Shown here: piece after piece, positions 17,121 through 25,164 of the stretch
Layout of the letters: the number at the start of each line of letters is the position of its first letter
Numbering within the stretch: the stretch's first letter is position 1
Source: Candidatus Rokuibacteriota bacterium
Lineage (GTDB): Bacteria > Methylomirabilota > Methylomirabilia > Rokubacteriales > CSP1-6
Assembly (NCBI GenBank): GCA_044869815.1
Contig: JBIOXS010000097.1
Location: forward strand, 9,969-73,968
DNA length: 64,000 nt
Direction of reading: 5' to 3'
Notes under the pieces: model-generated
Told to the model about the DNA's origin: nothing
Database searches by the model: none
Seen by the model: only the letters and a program-made list of their open reading frames with translations
Position numbers and translations under genes: made by a program

Positions 17121-17149
17121 TTGACAGCGCCGCGTCCGCCACGGACAAT
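17121..17149 (+). promoter_or_regulatory. Candidate sigma70-type promoter for pckG
   Basis: TTGACA (17121-17126), a 17-nt spacer, then GACAAT (17144-17149). It sits 47 nt upstream of ATG 17196. AGGCGAGGA Shine-Dalgarno before the start. Confidence 0.4.
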
Positions 17150-17195
17150 CGAATCACCGGGGGGCGTCAGAACTTCAACCAGGCGAGGATTGCCC

Positions 17196-18938
17196 ATGAG
17201 CATGACCAGCGTGGCCGAGCAGTGGGTCAACGACGCCGCGGGTCTGACCGCGCCCTCGCGGACCGAATGGTGTGACGGCTCGAAGGCCGAGTACGACCGC
17301 CTGATCGAGGCGATGCTGCGGGACGGCACGCTGCTGCCGCTCAACTCGCGGACCTATCCCAACTGCTATCTGCATCGCAGCCATCCCTCCGACGTCGCCC
17401 GCACCGAGCAGCTCACGTTCATCTGCACGGGGCGCAAGGACGACGCGGGACCGACCAACAACTGGATGGCTCCGGCCGAGGCCAAGCGCAAGGCCGCCGA
17501 GTATCTGCGGGGCGCCATGCGGGGCCGCACGATGTACGTCATTCCGTACTTGATGGGTCCGGCCGGTTCGGACATGAGCCGCACCGGCATCATGGTGACC
17601 GACAGCGCCTACGTCGTGGCCAGCATGCACATGATGACGCGCGTCGGCCAGGTCGCGCTGGAGGCGATGCGGCGCGACGACGATTTCATCGCCGGCCTCC
17701 ACTCGCTGGGCGATCTCTCACCCGAACGGCGGCTCGTGCTGCACTTCCCCGAGGAAAAGCTGATCTGGAGTGTGGGTTCCGGCTACGGCGGCAACGCGCT
17801 GCTCGGCAAGAAGTGCCACGCCCTGCGACTCGGCTCGGCGCAGGCGCGCCAGGAGGGCTGGCTCGCGGAGCACATGCTCATCATCGGCGTCGAGGATCCG
17901 CAGGGACGCGTGACGTATCTGGCGGCGGCGATGCCGAGCGCCTCGGGCAAGACGAATCTCTCCATGGTGGTCTCCTCGCTGCCCGGCTGGCGCGTGTGGA
18001 CCGTCGGCGACGACATCGCCTGGATGCACATCGATGCCACCGGCCAGCTGCGCGCCATCAATCCCGAACGCGGCTTCTTCGGCGTGGCGCCGAACACGAG
18101 CCCCAAGACGAATCCGAATGCGACACGGATGGTGCGCTCGAACACGATCTTCACCAACGTGGCCCTCACGCCGTCCGGCGAGCCGTGGTGGGAAGGCCTG
18201 ACGCCGGAAGCGCCCGCCGGCCTGCTCGACTGGCAAGGCAACGCATGGAAGGCCGGCACGCTCGCCGCGCACCCGAACTCCCGCTTCACCGTCCTCGCCC
18301 AGCAATGCCCCTCGATCGCCCCCAACTGGGAGGATCCGCACGGGGTGCCGATCTCCGGCCTCATCTTCGGCTCGCGGCGCTCGGCGGTGATCCCGCTCGT
18401 TTTCGAGGCGTTCGACTGGGCGCACGGTGTCTTCCTCGGCTCGGCCATGAGCACGGAGACGACGGCGGCCATCACCGGACAGGTCGGTGTGGTGCGGCGC
18501 GATCCGATGGCGATGCTGCCCTTCTGCGGCTACAACATGGGCGACTACTTCGCTCACTGGCTCGCCATGGGCTCCCGGGTCGCGCGGGCTCCGAGGATCT
18601 TCCGCGTGAACTGGTTCCGTCGCGGCGCCGACAGCAAGTTCCTCTGGCCGGGGTTCGGCGACAACATGCGCGTGCTCAAGTGGATGGTCGAGCGCATCCA
18701 CGGTGGCGCCCGCGAGGTGACCGAGACGCCGATCGGTTATCTGCCGACGCCGGCCGCGCTCGACACCTCCGGACTCACCGTGCGACCGGCGGCCCTCCAG
18801 GAAGCCCTCCGGGTGGACGCCGGTGAGTGGCTCCACGCCCTCGCCGACCTCAGGGACTTCTACGGCCAGTTCGGCGCGCGCCTGCCGCAGCCGATCGCTC
18901 GGCAGCTCGCCGAGACCCGACGCAGCTTCGGCGGCTGA
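17196..18938 (+). CDS. pckG: Phosphoenolpyruvate carboxykinase (GTP)
   Basis: Residues 101-680 of ORF 16896..18938. Motifs: YLHRSHPSDVARTE, GSGYGGNALLGKKC, PSASGKTNL, FRVNWFRR. Confidence 0.95.
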   Translation: MSMTSVAEQWVNDAAGLTAPSRTEWCDGSKAEYDRLIEAMLRDGTLLPLNSRTYPNCYLHRSHPSDVARTEQLTFICTGRKDDAGPTNNWMAPAEAKRKAAEYLRGAMRGRTMYVIPYLMGPAGSDMSRTGIMVTDSAYVVASMHMMTRVGQVALEAMRRDDDFIAGLHSLGDLSPERRLVLHFPEEKLIWSVGSGYGGNALLGKKCHALRLGSAQARQEGWLAEHMLIIGVEDPQGRVTYLAAAMPSASGKTNLSMVVSSLPGWRVWTVGDDIAWMHIDATGQLRAINPERGFFGVAPNTSPKTNPNATRMVRSNTIFTNVALTPSGEPWWEGLTPEAPAGLLDWQGNAWKAGTLAAHPNSRFTVLAQQCPSIAPNWEDPHGVPISGLIFGSRRSAVIPLVFEAFDWAHGVFLGSAMSTETTAAITGQVGVVRRDPMAMLPFCGYNMGDYFAHWLAMGSRVARAPRIFRVNWFRRGADSKFLWPGFGDNMRVLKWMVERIHGGAREVTETPIGYLPTPAALDTSGLTVRPAALQEALRVDAGEWLHALADLRDFYGQFGARLPQPIARQLAETRRSFGG

Positions 18939-18949
18939 CCCCCGGCCGG

Positions 18950-18986
18950 CATCCTGCCCGACCGGCGGCAGCGGTCGGGCAGGATG
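18950..18986 (+). terminator. Stem-loop downstream of pckG (14-bp stem)
   Basis: CATCCTGCCCGACC (18950-18963), loop GGCGGCAGC, then GGTCGGGCAGGATG (18973-18986). It begins 12 nt after the stop. No U-tract. Confidence 0.5.
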
Positions 18987-19101
18987 TGCTCGGCCCGACC
19001 AATCCGGGCGGCCGCTAAAGTCCTGATTCACCGAGCGCCGGCCATGGCACCGTCGATGCTCTCGGCGTCCTCCGGCAGCGAACTTTCCGGAGGAGGCGGC
19101 G

Positions 19102-19605
19102 ATGGAGACGGAGGCGCCACAGGTCATGGAGGCGTTGCGGGCGGTGCCCGGCCTGAGCGAGCGGCTCGCGCAGGGCATCCACGTCGCCGACGTCGGTTGC
19201 GGCTGGGGCGCCTCGACGGTCACCATGGCCGCGGCATTTCCGCGCTCCCGATTTCTCGGCGTCGAGCCCGATCCGGCGAGCGTCGAGCGCGCCCGGCGCC
19301 TCAGGGCGGAGCGCCGGCTGGGCAACGTGTACTGGCTGGCGGCGGCCGCGCATCAGCTGGCGCCGCTGCCGACGCACGACCTCATCTGCGCCTTCGACTG
19401 CATCTACGGCATGATCGATCCGGGGGCGGCGGTGCGCGCCATCCACGCCGCCCTCGCCGAAGACGGCGTGTACCTGTGGTCCGAGCCCACCGCCTCCGAC
19501 AACCAGCGCGGCGTGCAGGAGCTTGCGAACGAGGCGGGGTTCTCACACGTCGACAGCCTGCCGATCGACAGCGCGTCCAATCAGTTCTTCGCGCTGCGGA
19601 AGTGA
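19102..19605 (+). CDS. Class I SAM-dependent methyltransferase
   Basis: ORF 19102..19605. Motif I VADVGCGWG, post-I FLGVEPD, and ALAEDGVYLWSEP. GGAGGAGG Shine-Dalgarno upstream. Confidence 0.8.
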   Translation: METEAPQVMEALRAVPGLSERLAQGIHVADVGCGWGASTVTMAAAFPRSRFLGVEPDPASVERARRLRAERRLGNVYWLAAAAHQLAPLPTHDLICAFDCIYGMIDPGAAVRAIHAALAEDGVYLWSEPTASDNQRGVQELANEAGFSHVDSLPIDSASNQFFALRK

Positions 19606-21135
19606 CTACACGGGATAGACGCCGTTGCGCCGCGCCGGGAACTCGTGCGCCTTGCTCTCGGCATAGACGAGGCGCTTGACGAGCTCGGCGCGCAACGACG
19701 AGCCGGGCACGATATCGTCGACGAGCATCTCGGAGGCCAGGCGATAGATGTCGACATCCTGCGCGTACTCCTCGCGCTTGGCCTTCACCCACGCGGCCCG
19801 TTCGCCTTCCGGCAGCTCCATGATCTTGTTGTAGTAGACGGCGTTGACGGCGGGCTCCGGTCCCATGATGGCGATCTGCCCCTGCGGCAGGCTCAGCGTC
19901 GCGTCCGGCTCGAACGCCGGGCCGCACATGGCGTAGAGACCCGCCCCATAGCACTTGCGGACGATCACGGAGATCTTCGGCACCGTCGCCTGCGACGTGG
20001 CGAAGACCATCTTGGCGCCGTGGCGGATGATCCCCTCGCGCTCGACCTTGCTGCCCACCATGAAGCCGGCGACGTCGGCGAGGTACACCAGCGGGATGTT
20101 GAACGCGTTGCAGAGCCAGATGAAGCGCGCCGCCTTGTCGGAGGAGTCGACCATCAGCACGCCGCCCTTGACCTTCGGCTGATTGGCCACGATCCCGACC
20201 GCGCGGCCGTCGATCCGCGCGAGCCCGACGATGACCTCGGCCGCGAACAGCCGCTTGACCTCGAACCACGAGCCGGCGTCGATCAGGCGATCGATCACCT
20301 CGTACATGTCGAACCACTTGCGCTGATCGTACGGCACGATCTCGTCGATGGACCGGCCCGCCTTCGGCGGGGCGGCGGCCGCCCGCGGCGCGAGCTGCCG
20401 GAACGAGCCGGGCATGAACGCGAGATAGCGCTTCGCGAGCTCGATGGCCTCCTCGTCGGAGCTCGCCAGCACGTCGCCGCAGCCCGAGACGGTACAGTGC
20501 ATGCGCGCGCCGCCGAGGTCCTCGAGCGTCGTCTTCTCGCCGATCGCCATCTCGACCATGCGCGGACTGCCGACGTACAGCGAGGCCTTGCCGTCGACCA
20601 TGATGACCAGGTCGGTCAGCGCCGGCAGATAGGCGGAGCCGGCCGGTGACGGTCCGAACAGGATGCACACCTGCGGCACCACGCCGGAGAGCTGCACCTC
20701 GTTGTAGAAGATGCGGCCCGCGTGGAACCGCCCCGGGAAGATCTTGATCTGCTCCGAGATCCGTCCGCCCGCGGCGTCGACGAGATAGAGCATCGGGACG
20801 CCGAGCCGCGCCGCCTTCTCCTGGATCCGCACGATCTTCAGCACGGTCTTCTCGCCCCACGACCCCGCCTTGACGGTGTAGTCGTTGGCCATGATCGAGA
20901 CCGTGCGCCCGCCGACCTGGCCGACGCCGGTGACGACCCCGTCGGCCGGCGTGTCGGCCTCTTGATTCCGCGCAAAGAGCCAGTCTTCCTGGAATTCACT
21001 GCCCGGGTCGAGCAGCAGCTTGAGGCGGTCCCGGACGAAGAGCTTGCCTTCGGCCTTCAGCTTCTCGCGGTACTTGGCGTGGCCCTGCTCGATCCGCGCT
21101 CGTTCCTGGTGGTAACGATCCTCGCCCTGGCTCAT
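19606..21135 (-). CDS. Acyl-CoA carboxylase carboxyltransferase subunit (methylcrotonyl-/propionyl-CoA type)
   Basis: ORF 19606..21135. Motifs: KLFVRDRLKLLLD, MANDYTVKAGSWG, VANQPKVKGGVL, LADVAGFMVG. Confidence 0.9.
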   Translation of the reverse strand: MSQGEDRYHQERARIEQGHAKYREKLKAEGKLFVRDRLKLLLDPGSEFQEDWLFARNQEADTPADGVVTGVGQVGGRTVSIMANDYTVKAGSWGEKTVLKIVRIQEKAARLGVPMLYLVDAAGGRISEQIKIFPGRFHAGRIFYNEVQLSGVVPQVCILFGPSPAGSAYLPALTDLVIMVDGKASLYVGSPRMVEMAIGEKTTLEDLGGARMHCTVSGCGDVLASSDEEAIELAKRYLAFMPGSFRQLAPRAAAAPPKAGRSIDEIVPYDQRKWFDMYEVIDRLIDAGSWFEVKRLFAAEVIVGLARIDGRAVGIVANQPKVKGGVLMVDSSDKAARFIWLCNAFNIPLVYLADVAGFMVGSKVEREGIIRHGAKMVFATSQATVPKISVIVRKCYGAGLYAMCGPAFEPDATLSLPQGQIAIMGPEPAVNAVYYNKIMELPEGERAAWVKAKREEYAQDVDIYRLASEMLVDDIVPGSSLRAELVKRLVYAESKAHEFPARRNGVYPV

Positions 21136-21184
21136 GGCGTGATTGTAGCGGGTGTCCCGGCGAGCCGTGGCCGGCCTCGGGCCG

Positions 21185-21733
21185 TCATGCTGGCGCGCCT
21201 GGCGCGTAAGGAATCGGTCCGGCGTAGTCGGCGCGCAGCGGCGCCCAGCGGCGCGCGCCGAGCCGCGCCAGGGTCGCCGCGAGCTGCGTGAGGTGCAGGC
21301 GGTCGTGCGTCACCCACGCCGCCAGCAGGTCGAGGCCGGAGAGCGCCCCGGTGCTCGGCGTCGTCACGGTTGCGTGCAGGCGCTCGGGCGCCACCGTCGC
21401 CAGGAACTCGAGATTCGCCGCGCGGCGCTCGGCGAACGCGGCGAGCGCGGCGGCCGGGTCGGCGTCGCGATAGCGTCGCTCGGCGGCCCAGCGCTCGGGA
21501 TCGATGGGAGCAAACCGCGCCCCGCCCTCCACGACCACCCGCACGCGGGCGCCGAAGTCCTCGGCCTCCTCGTCACGCAGATGGCAAACGATCTCCAGCG
21601 GCGACCACTCGGCCGCGGCCGGCCGCTCGCGCCAGAGCGCCGCCTCGAGGCCATCGAGAAGCGCGCTGAGGATCGGCGGCAGCCGCGCCAGGTCGGTCCG
21701 CACACCGGCCAGGACGACCTTCGGATCGAGCAT
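21185..21733 (-). CDS. DinB-family (DinB_2) metal-dependent protein
   Basis: C-terminal 182 aa of ORF 21185..22186, from ATG 21733. Motifs: WSPLEIVCHLRDEE and WVTHDRLHLTQL, the His triad pattern of the DinB fold. Confidence 0.7.
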   Translation of the reverse strand: MLDPKVVLAGVRTDLARLPPILSALLDGLEAALWRERPAAAEWSPLEIVCHLRDEEAEDFGARVRVVVEGGARFAPIDPERWAAERRYRDADPAAALAAFAERRAANLEFLATVAPERLHATVTTPSTGALSGLDLLAAWVTHDRLHLTQLAATLARLGARRWAPLRADYAGPIPYAPGAPA

Positions 21734-21775
21734 CGGCGAGTATTGTAGGCTAGAGGCCGCGATGGAGGCCGGCGG

Positions 21776-22753
21776 ATGAGCTTCGACTACGCGAAGTACT
21801 TCGGCGACATCAAGCTGACGCACGACCTCACCACGCGGCCGGACGAGCGCACGTGGCGTCTCGGCCGCCCCGAGGCCCGCCCCGAGCCGCACAAGGTAAT
21901 CCTCTATCTCGGCTGCAACGTCCTTCGGACCTCGCACATGATCCGGACCGTCACCACGGTATTCGACCGCCTCGGCGTCGACTACATCGCGCTGGGCGGT
22001 CCCACGTACTGCTGCGGCATCGTCCACCATCAGCAGGGCGACGTCGCCGCCGGCGCCGGCATGGGCCACCGCACGCTCGAGCTCTTCCGCCGCTACGAGC
22101 CGGAAGACGTCGTGATGTGGTGTCCCTCCTGCATCTACTTCTACGACGACGTCCTGCACGCCGACGTGCCGTTCCGCGTGCGGCACACGACGGAGTTCCT
22201 GCTCGACCGGCTAGCGCAGTTCAGCTTCACGACGTCGCTGAGCACGACGGTGGCCGTGCACGCGCACGCCGTCGGCGAGGCCCGGCAGCGCGAAGCCCGC
22301 GCGTGTCGCGCGCTGCTGGCGGGCGTGCCCGGGGTGCGAGTCGTCGAGCTCGATCCGGAGCCGCGCTTCGGCCGGTCGTGCGCGCCGGCCATTCCGGCCG
22401 CGCTCGGTCAGGACGTCTGGGACGGCCTCGTCCGCGACGAGATCGAGCGGGCACGGGCGGCCGGCGCCGATACGCTGGCCGGCATCTATCACGGCTGCCA
22501 GCGCATGATCTGCGGCTTCGAGGCCGAGGGACGGCTGACCATCGAGCACTACCTCTCGGTCTTCGCGCGCGGCCTCGGCATCGAGTTCGAGGACACCTTC
22601 AAGAAGTACCGCCTGTGGGCCGATCCCGAGCGGATTCTCGAGGACATGACGGCCTGCCAGCAGGCCAGCCACGTCGACCCCGCGCGGGCCCGGGCGCTCG
22701 TCGACGCGACCTTCGCCCGCCGTCCTCCCGAGCGCAACGGCGCGCCCTCGTAA
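21776..22753 (+). CDS. Cysteine-rich CCG-domain protein (heterodisulfide reductase subunit B-like)
   Basis: ORF 21776..22753. CCG-type motifs: ILYLGCN...GGPTYCCGI, WCPSC, YHGCQR. Confidence 0.75.
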   Translation: MSFDYAKYFGDIKLTHDLTTRPDERTWRLGRPEARPEPHKVILYLGCNVLRTSHMIRTVTTVFDRLGVDYIALGGPTYCCGIVHHQQGDVAAGAGMGHRTLELFRRYEPEDVVMWCPSCIYFYDDVLHADVPFRVRHTTEFLLDRLAQFSFTTSLSTTVAVHAHAVGEARQREARACRALLAGVPGVRVVELDPEPRFGRSCAPAIPAALGQDVWDGLVRDEIERARAAGADTLAGIYHGCQRMICGFEAEGRLTIEHYLSVFARGLGIEFEDTFKKYRLWADPERILEDMTACQQASHVDPARARALVDATFARRPPERNGAPS

Positions 22754-22780
22754 GCTGCGAGGAGCGGCAGAATAGACGCC

Positions 22781-22852
22781 GTTCGAGCGGCGGCTTTGCC
22801 GCCGCAATCTGATCCGGGGGAGGTTCGGAGGGGGCCGTCGAGGCCCTCTCCG
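22781..22852. repeat. REP-like double-hairpin intergenic element, copy 1
   Basis: GTTCGAGCGGCGGCTTTGCCGCCGCAATCTG...TCGGAGGGGGCCGTCGAGGCCCTCTCCGA. It sits between the convergent stops at 22753 (+) and 22858 (-). It is near-identical in sequence and fold to 36221-36292. Confidence 0.85.
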
Positions 22853-22857
22853 ATGAT

Positions 22858-23904
22858 TTATCGCGGCTGCGGGTTGGCGTTGGCCCAGACGATGATTACG
22901 AGCACGCCATCCGCGTGGCGGGGCCCGCCGATCACGGCGGGATTTCCGCGCGCGGCCTGGATCTCGGTCGTGACCTCGGTGACGTTGCCGCGCAGCAGCC
23001 GAACCCGCATGCGCACGGTGTCGCCGCTCACGCTTTCCGGCGTCACCTCGAGTATCCGATCGCCGGGAACCGACCAACGCTCCTGGGAGCCGATCGGCAC
23101 TTCGGCGCGATACCGCTCGAGCGACGTGAACTCCTGGTAGCCCGTGAGCTGTCGAAGGCGCGGCAGAAACTTCTGCAGGCGTTCGTCGGGCGTCGCGTCC
23201 GGCGCGAGCTTCAGCGAGGCCGAGGTGGGCGGCTTGTCCGTCGCCAGCAGCACCCGGGCGCCGAAACGCACGACCTGCTGCGCGTGCAGCAACGCCGGCG
23301 CCGTCGCCACGAGGATGGCGAGCAGGAGCATGAGCAGCGGGCCCAGGGCCGAGCGCAAGCGGCGCCGCGCGTTGTGGAGGCGGGACATGACCGTGCCCAT
23401 CGGGATCTCCAGCACGTCAGCGATCTCCTTGTACGAGAGGCCTTCGATATCGCTCAGCACGATGATGTCGCGATGCTGCGCGGACAGCGTCGCCAGCGCC
23501 TGCATGATCCGCTCGCGGTCCTGGGCGGAGGCGGCCGCCTCGTCCGGCGCCTGCTCGCCGGCCGGCCTGTCGACCATGACCCGCTCCCAGTCCTCCTCGG
23601 GGACACGCTCCGTCCCGAACGCCCGCCCGCGGGCGGCGCGGGCGCGCGCCCGATCGGAGGCGACGTTCATCACGATCCTGAACAGCCAGGTATAGAATGC
23701 CGACTGACCGCGGAACGCGGGCAGCGCCTGGTAGGCGCGGATGAAGGCCTCCTGTGCGACGTCCCACGCGTCCTCCCGGTCACGCAACACGTTGTAGGCC
23801 AGACGCCACACGCGCTGCCGGTACTTTTCCACCAGCGGCTCGAAGGCCGCGACGTCGCCCTTGCGGCATCGCTCGACGAGCGCAGCATCGTCCTCGGCGT
23901 TCAC
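22858..23904 (-). CDS. ECF sigma-70 factor fused to a transmembrane helix and a ~140-aa extracytoplasmic domain
   Basis: ORF 22858..23904 (348 aa, one frame, no internal stop). Sigma2: FEPLVEKYRQRVWRLAYNVLRDREDAWDVAQEAFIRAY. Sigma4: LSYKEIADVLEIPMGTVMSRLHNARRRLR. These are followed directly by LGPLLMLLLAILVATAPALL and a beta-rich domain of unknown family. Confidence 0.85.
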   Translation of the reverse strand: MNAEDDAALVERCRKGDVAAFEPLVEKYRQRVWRLAYNVLRDREDAWDVAQEAFIRAYQALPAFRGQSAFYTWLFRIVMNVASDRARARAARGRAFGTERVPEEDWERVMVDRPAGEQAPDEAAASAQDRERIMQALATLSAQHRDIIVLSDIEGLSYKEIADVLEIPMGTVMSRLHNARRRLRSALGPLLMLLLAILVATAPALLHAQQVVRFGARVLLATDKPPTSASLKLAPDATPDERLQKFLPRLRQLTGYQEFTSLERYRAEVPIGSQERWSVPGDRILEVTPESVSGDTVRMRVRLLRGNVTEVTTEIQAARGNPAVIGGPRHADGVLVIIVWANANPQPR

Positions 23905-23953
23905 CGGACTAGCCTAACCCGGCCTCGGAGGTTAGACGCGACAAGGGCCGGAC

Positions 23954-24418
23954 TTATTTGGCGGCGCGGCGTCCCCGCAGCATGAGGAGCGCGTCCAGGC
24001 CGAGCAGGTAGCTCTGGGCGCCGAACCCGGAGATCTGCCCCCGGGTGGCGGCGGCGATGACCGACTGACGGCGGAACTCGTCACGTGCATGGATGTTCGA
24101 GAGGTGGACCTCGACGACCGGCAGGTCGATGGCCGCCACCGCGTCGCGGAGGGCAATCGAGTAGTGGGTGAAGGCGCCGGGGTTGAAGACGATCCCGAAG
24201 AAGCCATCCTTGCGGGCGCTCTGCAGCCAGTCGATCAGCTGGCCCTCGTGATTCGACTGTCGGCTCTCCACGTGGATGCCCAGCTTGCGTCCGCGCTCCC
24301 GCACCAGGCGGTCGACTTCCGCGAGCGTCATGCGTCCATAGACTCCGGGCTCTCGCGTGCCGAGCAGATTGAGATTCGGCCCATGCAGCACGAGCGCCCC
24401 GGCCGGCCCGGGTGTCAA
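23954..24418 (-). CDS. aroQ: 3-dehydroquinate dehydratase, type II
   Basis: C-terminal 154 aa of ORF 23954..25249, from TTG 24418. Motifs: [43 protein letters not shown]. Confidence 0.9.
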   Translation of the reverse strand: MTPGPAGALVLHGPNLNLLGTREPGVYGRMTLAEVDRLVRERGRKLGIHVESRQSNHEGQLIDWLQSARKDGFFGIVFNPGAFTHYSIALRDAVAAIDLPVVEVHLSNIHARDEFRRQSVIAAATRGQISGFGAQSYLLGLDALLMLRGRRAAK

Positions 24419-25161
24419 TGCTGAAGATACTGCGAGAACAACCAGTCGACGGCGATGAAGAAGAGCAGCCCGCCGAAGACCGTATAGGCGAGGCTCGGCT
24501 GATCGTCCTCGCGGTTCACCTCGGGAATGAGATCGGAGGCGGCGACGTAGATCGTCACGCCCGCCGACAGCGCCAGCGCGTACGCGACATGCGAGGTCGC
24601 GAAGAGGCCGGTCAGGAGCGCGCCCATCAGGGTGAGCACTCCCAGCGTCGTGCCCGCGCCGAGGGCGGCCGTCCGGGAGTGGCCGCCCGCGAGCATGATG
24701 GAGGCGATGGTGAACCCCTCGGGCAGCTTGTGGAGGAGCACGGCGATGAAGATCACCGCGCCCAGGGCCGAGCTGACCATGAATCCGGCCGCGATGGCCA
24801 CGCCGTCGAAGAGGGTGTGGACGCCGAGACCGACGAGCGCCAGCCAGCCGGCCGAGGGCCGCAGCAGCGCCTCGTGATGGATCTCCTCCCCGAAATGGAA
24901 GTGCGGCGCCACGGTGTGCTCGAACAGATGGATCCCGAAGTAGCCGAGCACGACGAAGACGAAGGCGTGGGGGACGTGCACGCTCTCCGGGAGCATCCTG
25001 ACGAAGGCGGCGGCCAGCATGAAGCCGGCGCCGGCGGCCACGAAGTACCGCAGGCGGGCGTGACTGGGCTTGTGGGCGGTGGTGACGATGGCGGCGCCGG
25101 CGACGTCCGCCGCAGCAGCGACGGCCGCGAACGCCAGGTATGCTAACATTGGCGCGAGCAT
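24415..25161 (-). CDS. ZIP-family divalent metal transporter (ZupT-like)
   Basis: Residues 63-310 of ORF 24415..25347, from ATG 25161 (alternative 25149). Polytopic membrane protein with [15 protein letters not shown] and a His-rich loop [11 protein letters not shown]. Confidence 0.85.
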   Translation of the reverse strand: MLAPMLAYLAFAAVAAAADVAGAAIVTTAHKPSHARLRYFVAAGAGFMLAAAFVRMLPESVHVPHAFVFVVLGYFGIHLFEHTVAPHFHFGEEIHHEALLRPSAGWLALVGLGVHTLFDGVAIAAGFMVSSALGAVIFIAVLLHKLPEGFTIASIMLAGGHSRTAALGAGTTLGVLTLMGALLTGLFATSHVAYALALSAGVTIYVAASDLIPEVNREDDQPSLAYTVFGGLLFFIAVDWLFSQYLQH

Positions 25162-25164
25162 AGC

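Noticed and set aside
22781-22810. tRNA-like GGTTCGAGCGG... segment inside the REP-like element (also at 36220-36250)
   Set aside because: It superficially resembles a T-arm, but there is no acceptor stem, anticodon arm or D-arm. The sequence simply forms one hairpin of the intergenic repeat.
23905-23953. Autoregulated ECF-type promoter (GGAAC-N16/17-CGTC) upstream of the sigma gene
   Set aside because: A CGTCT is present on the minus strand, but no AAC-type -35 element lies at the appropriate spacing. The evidence is not strong enough to call.
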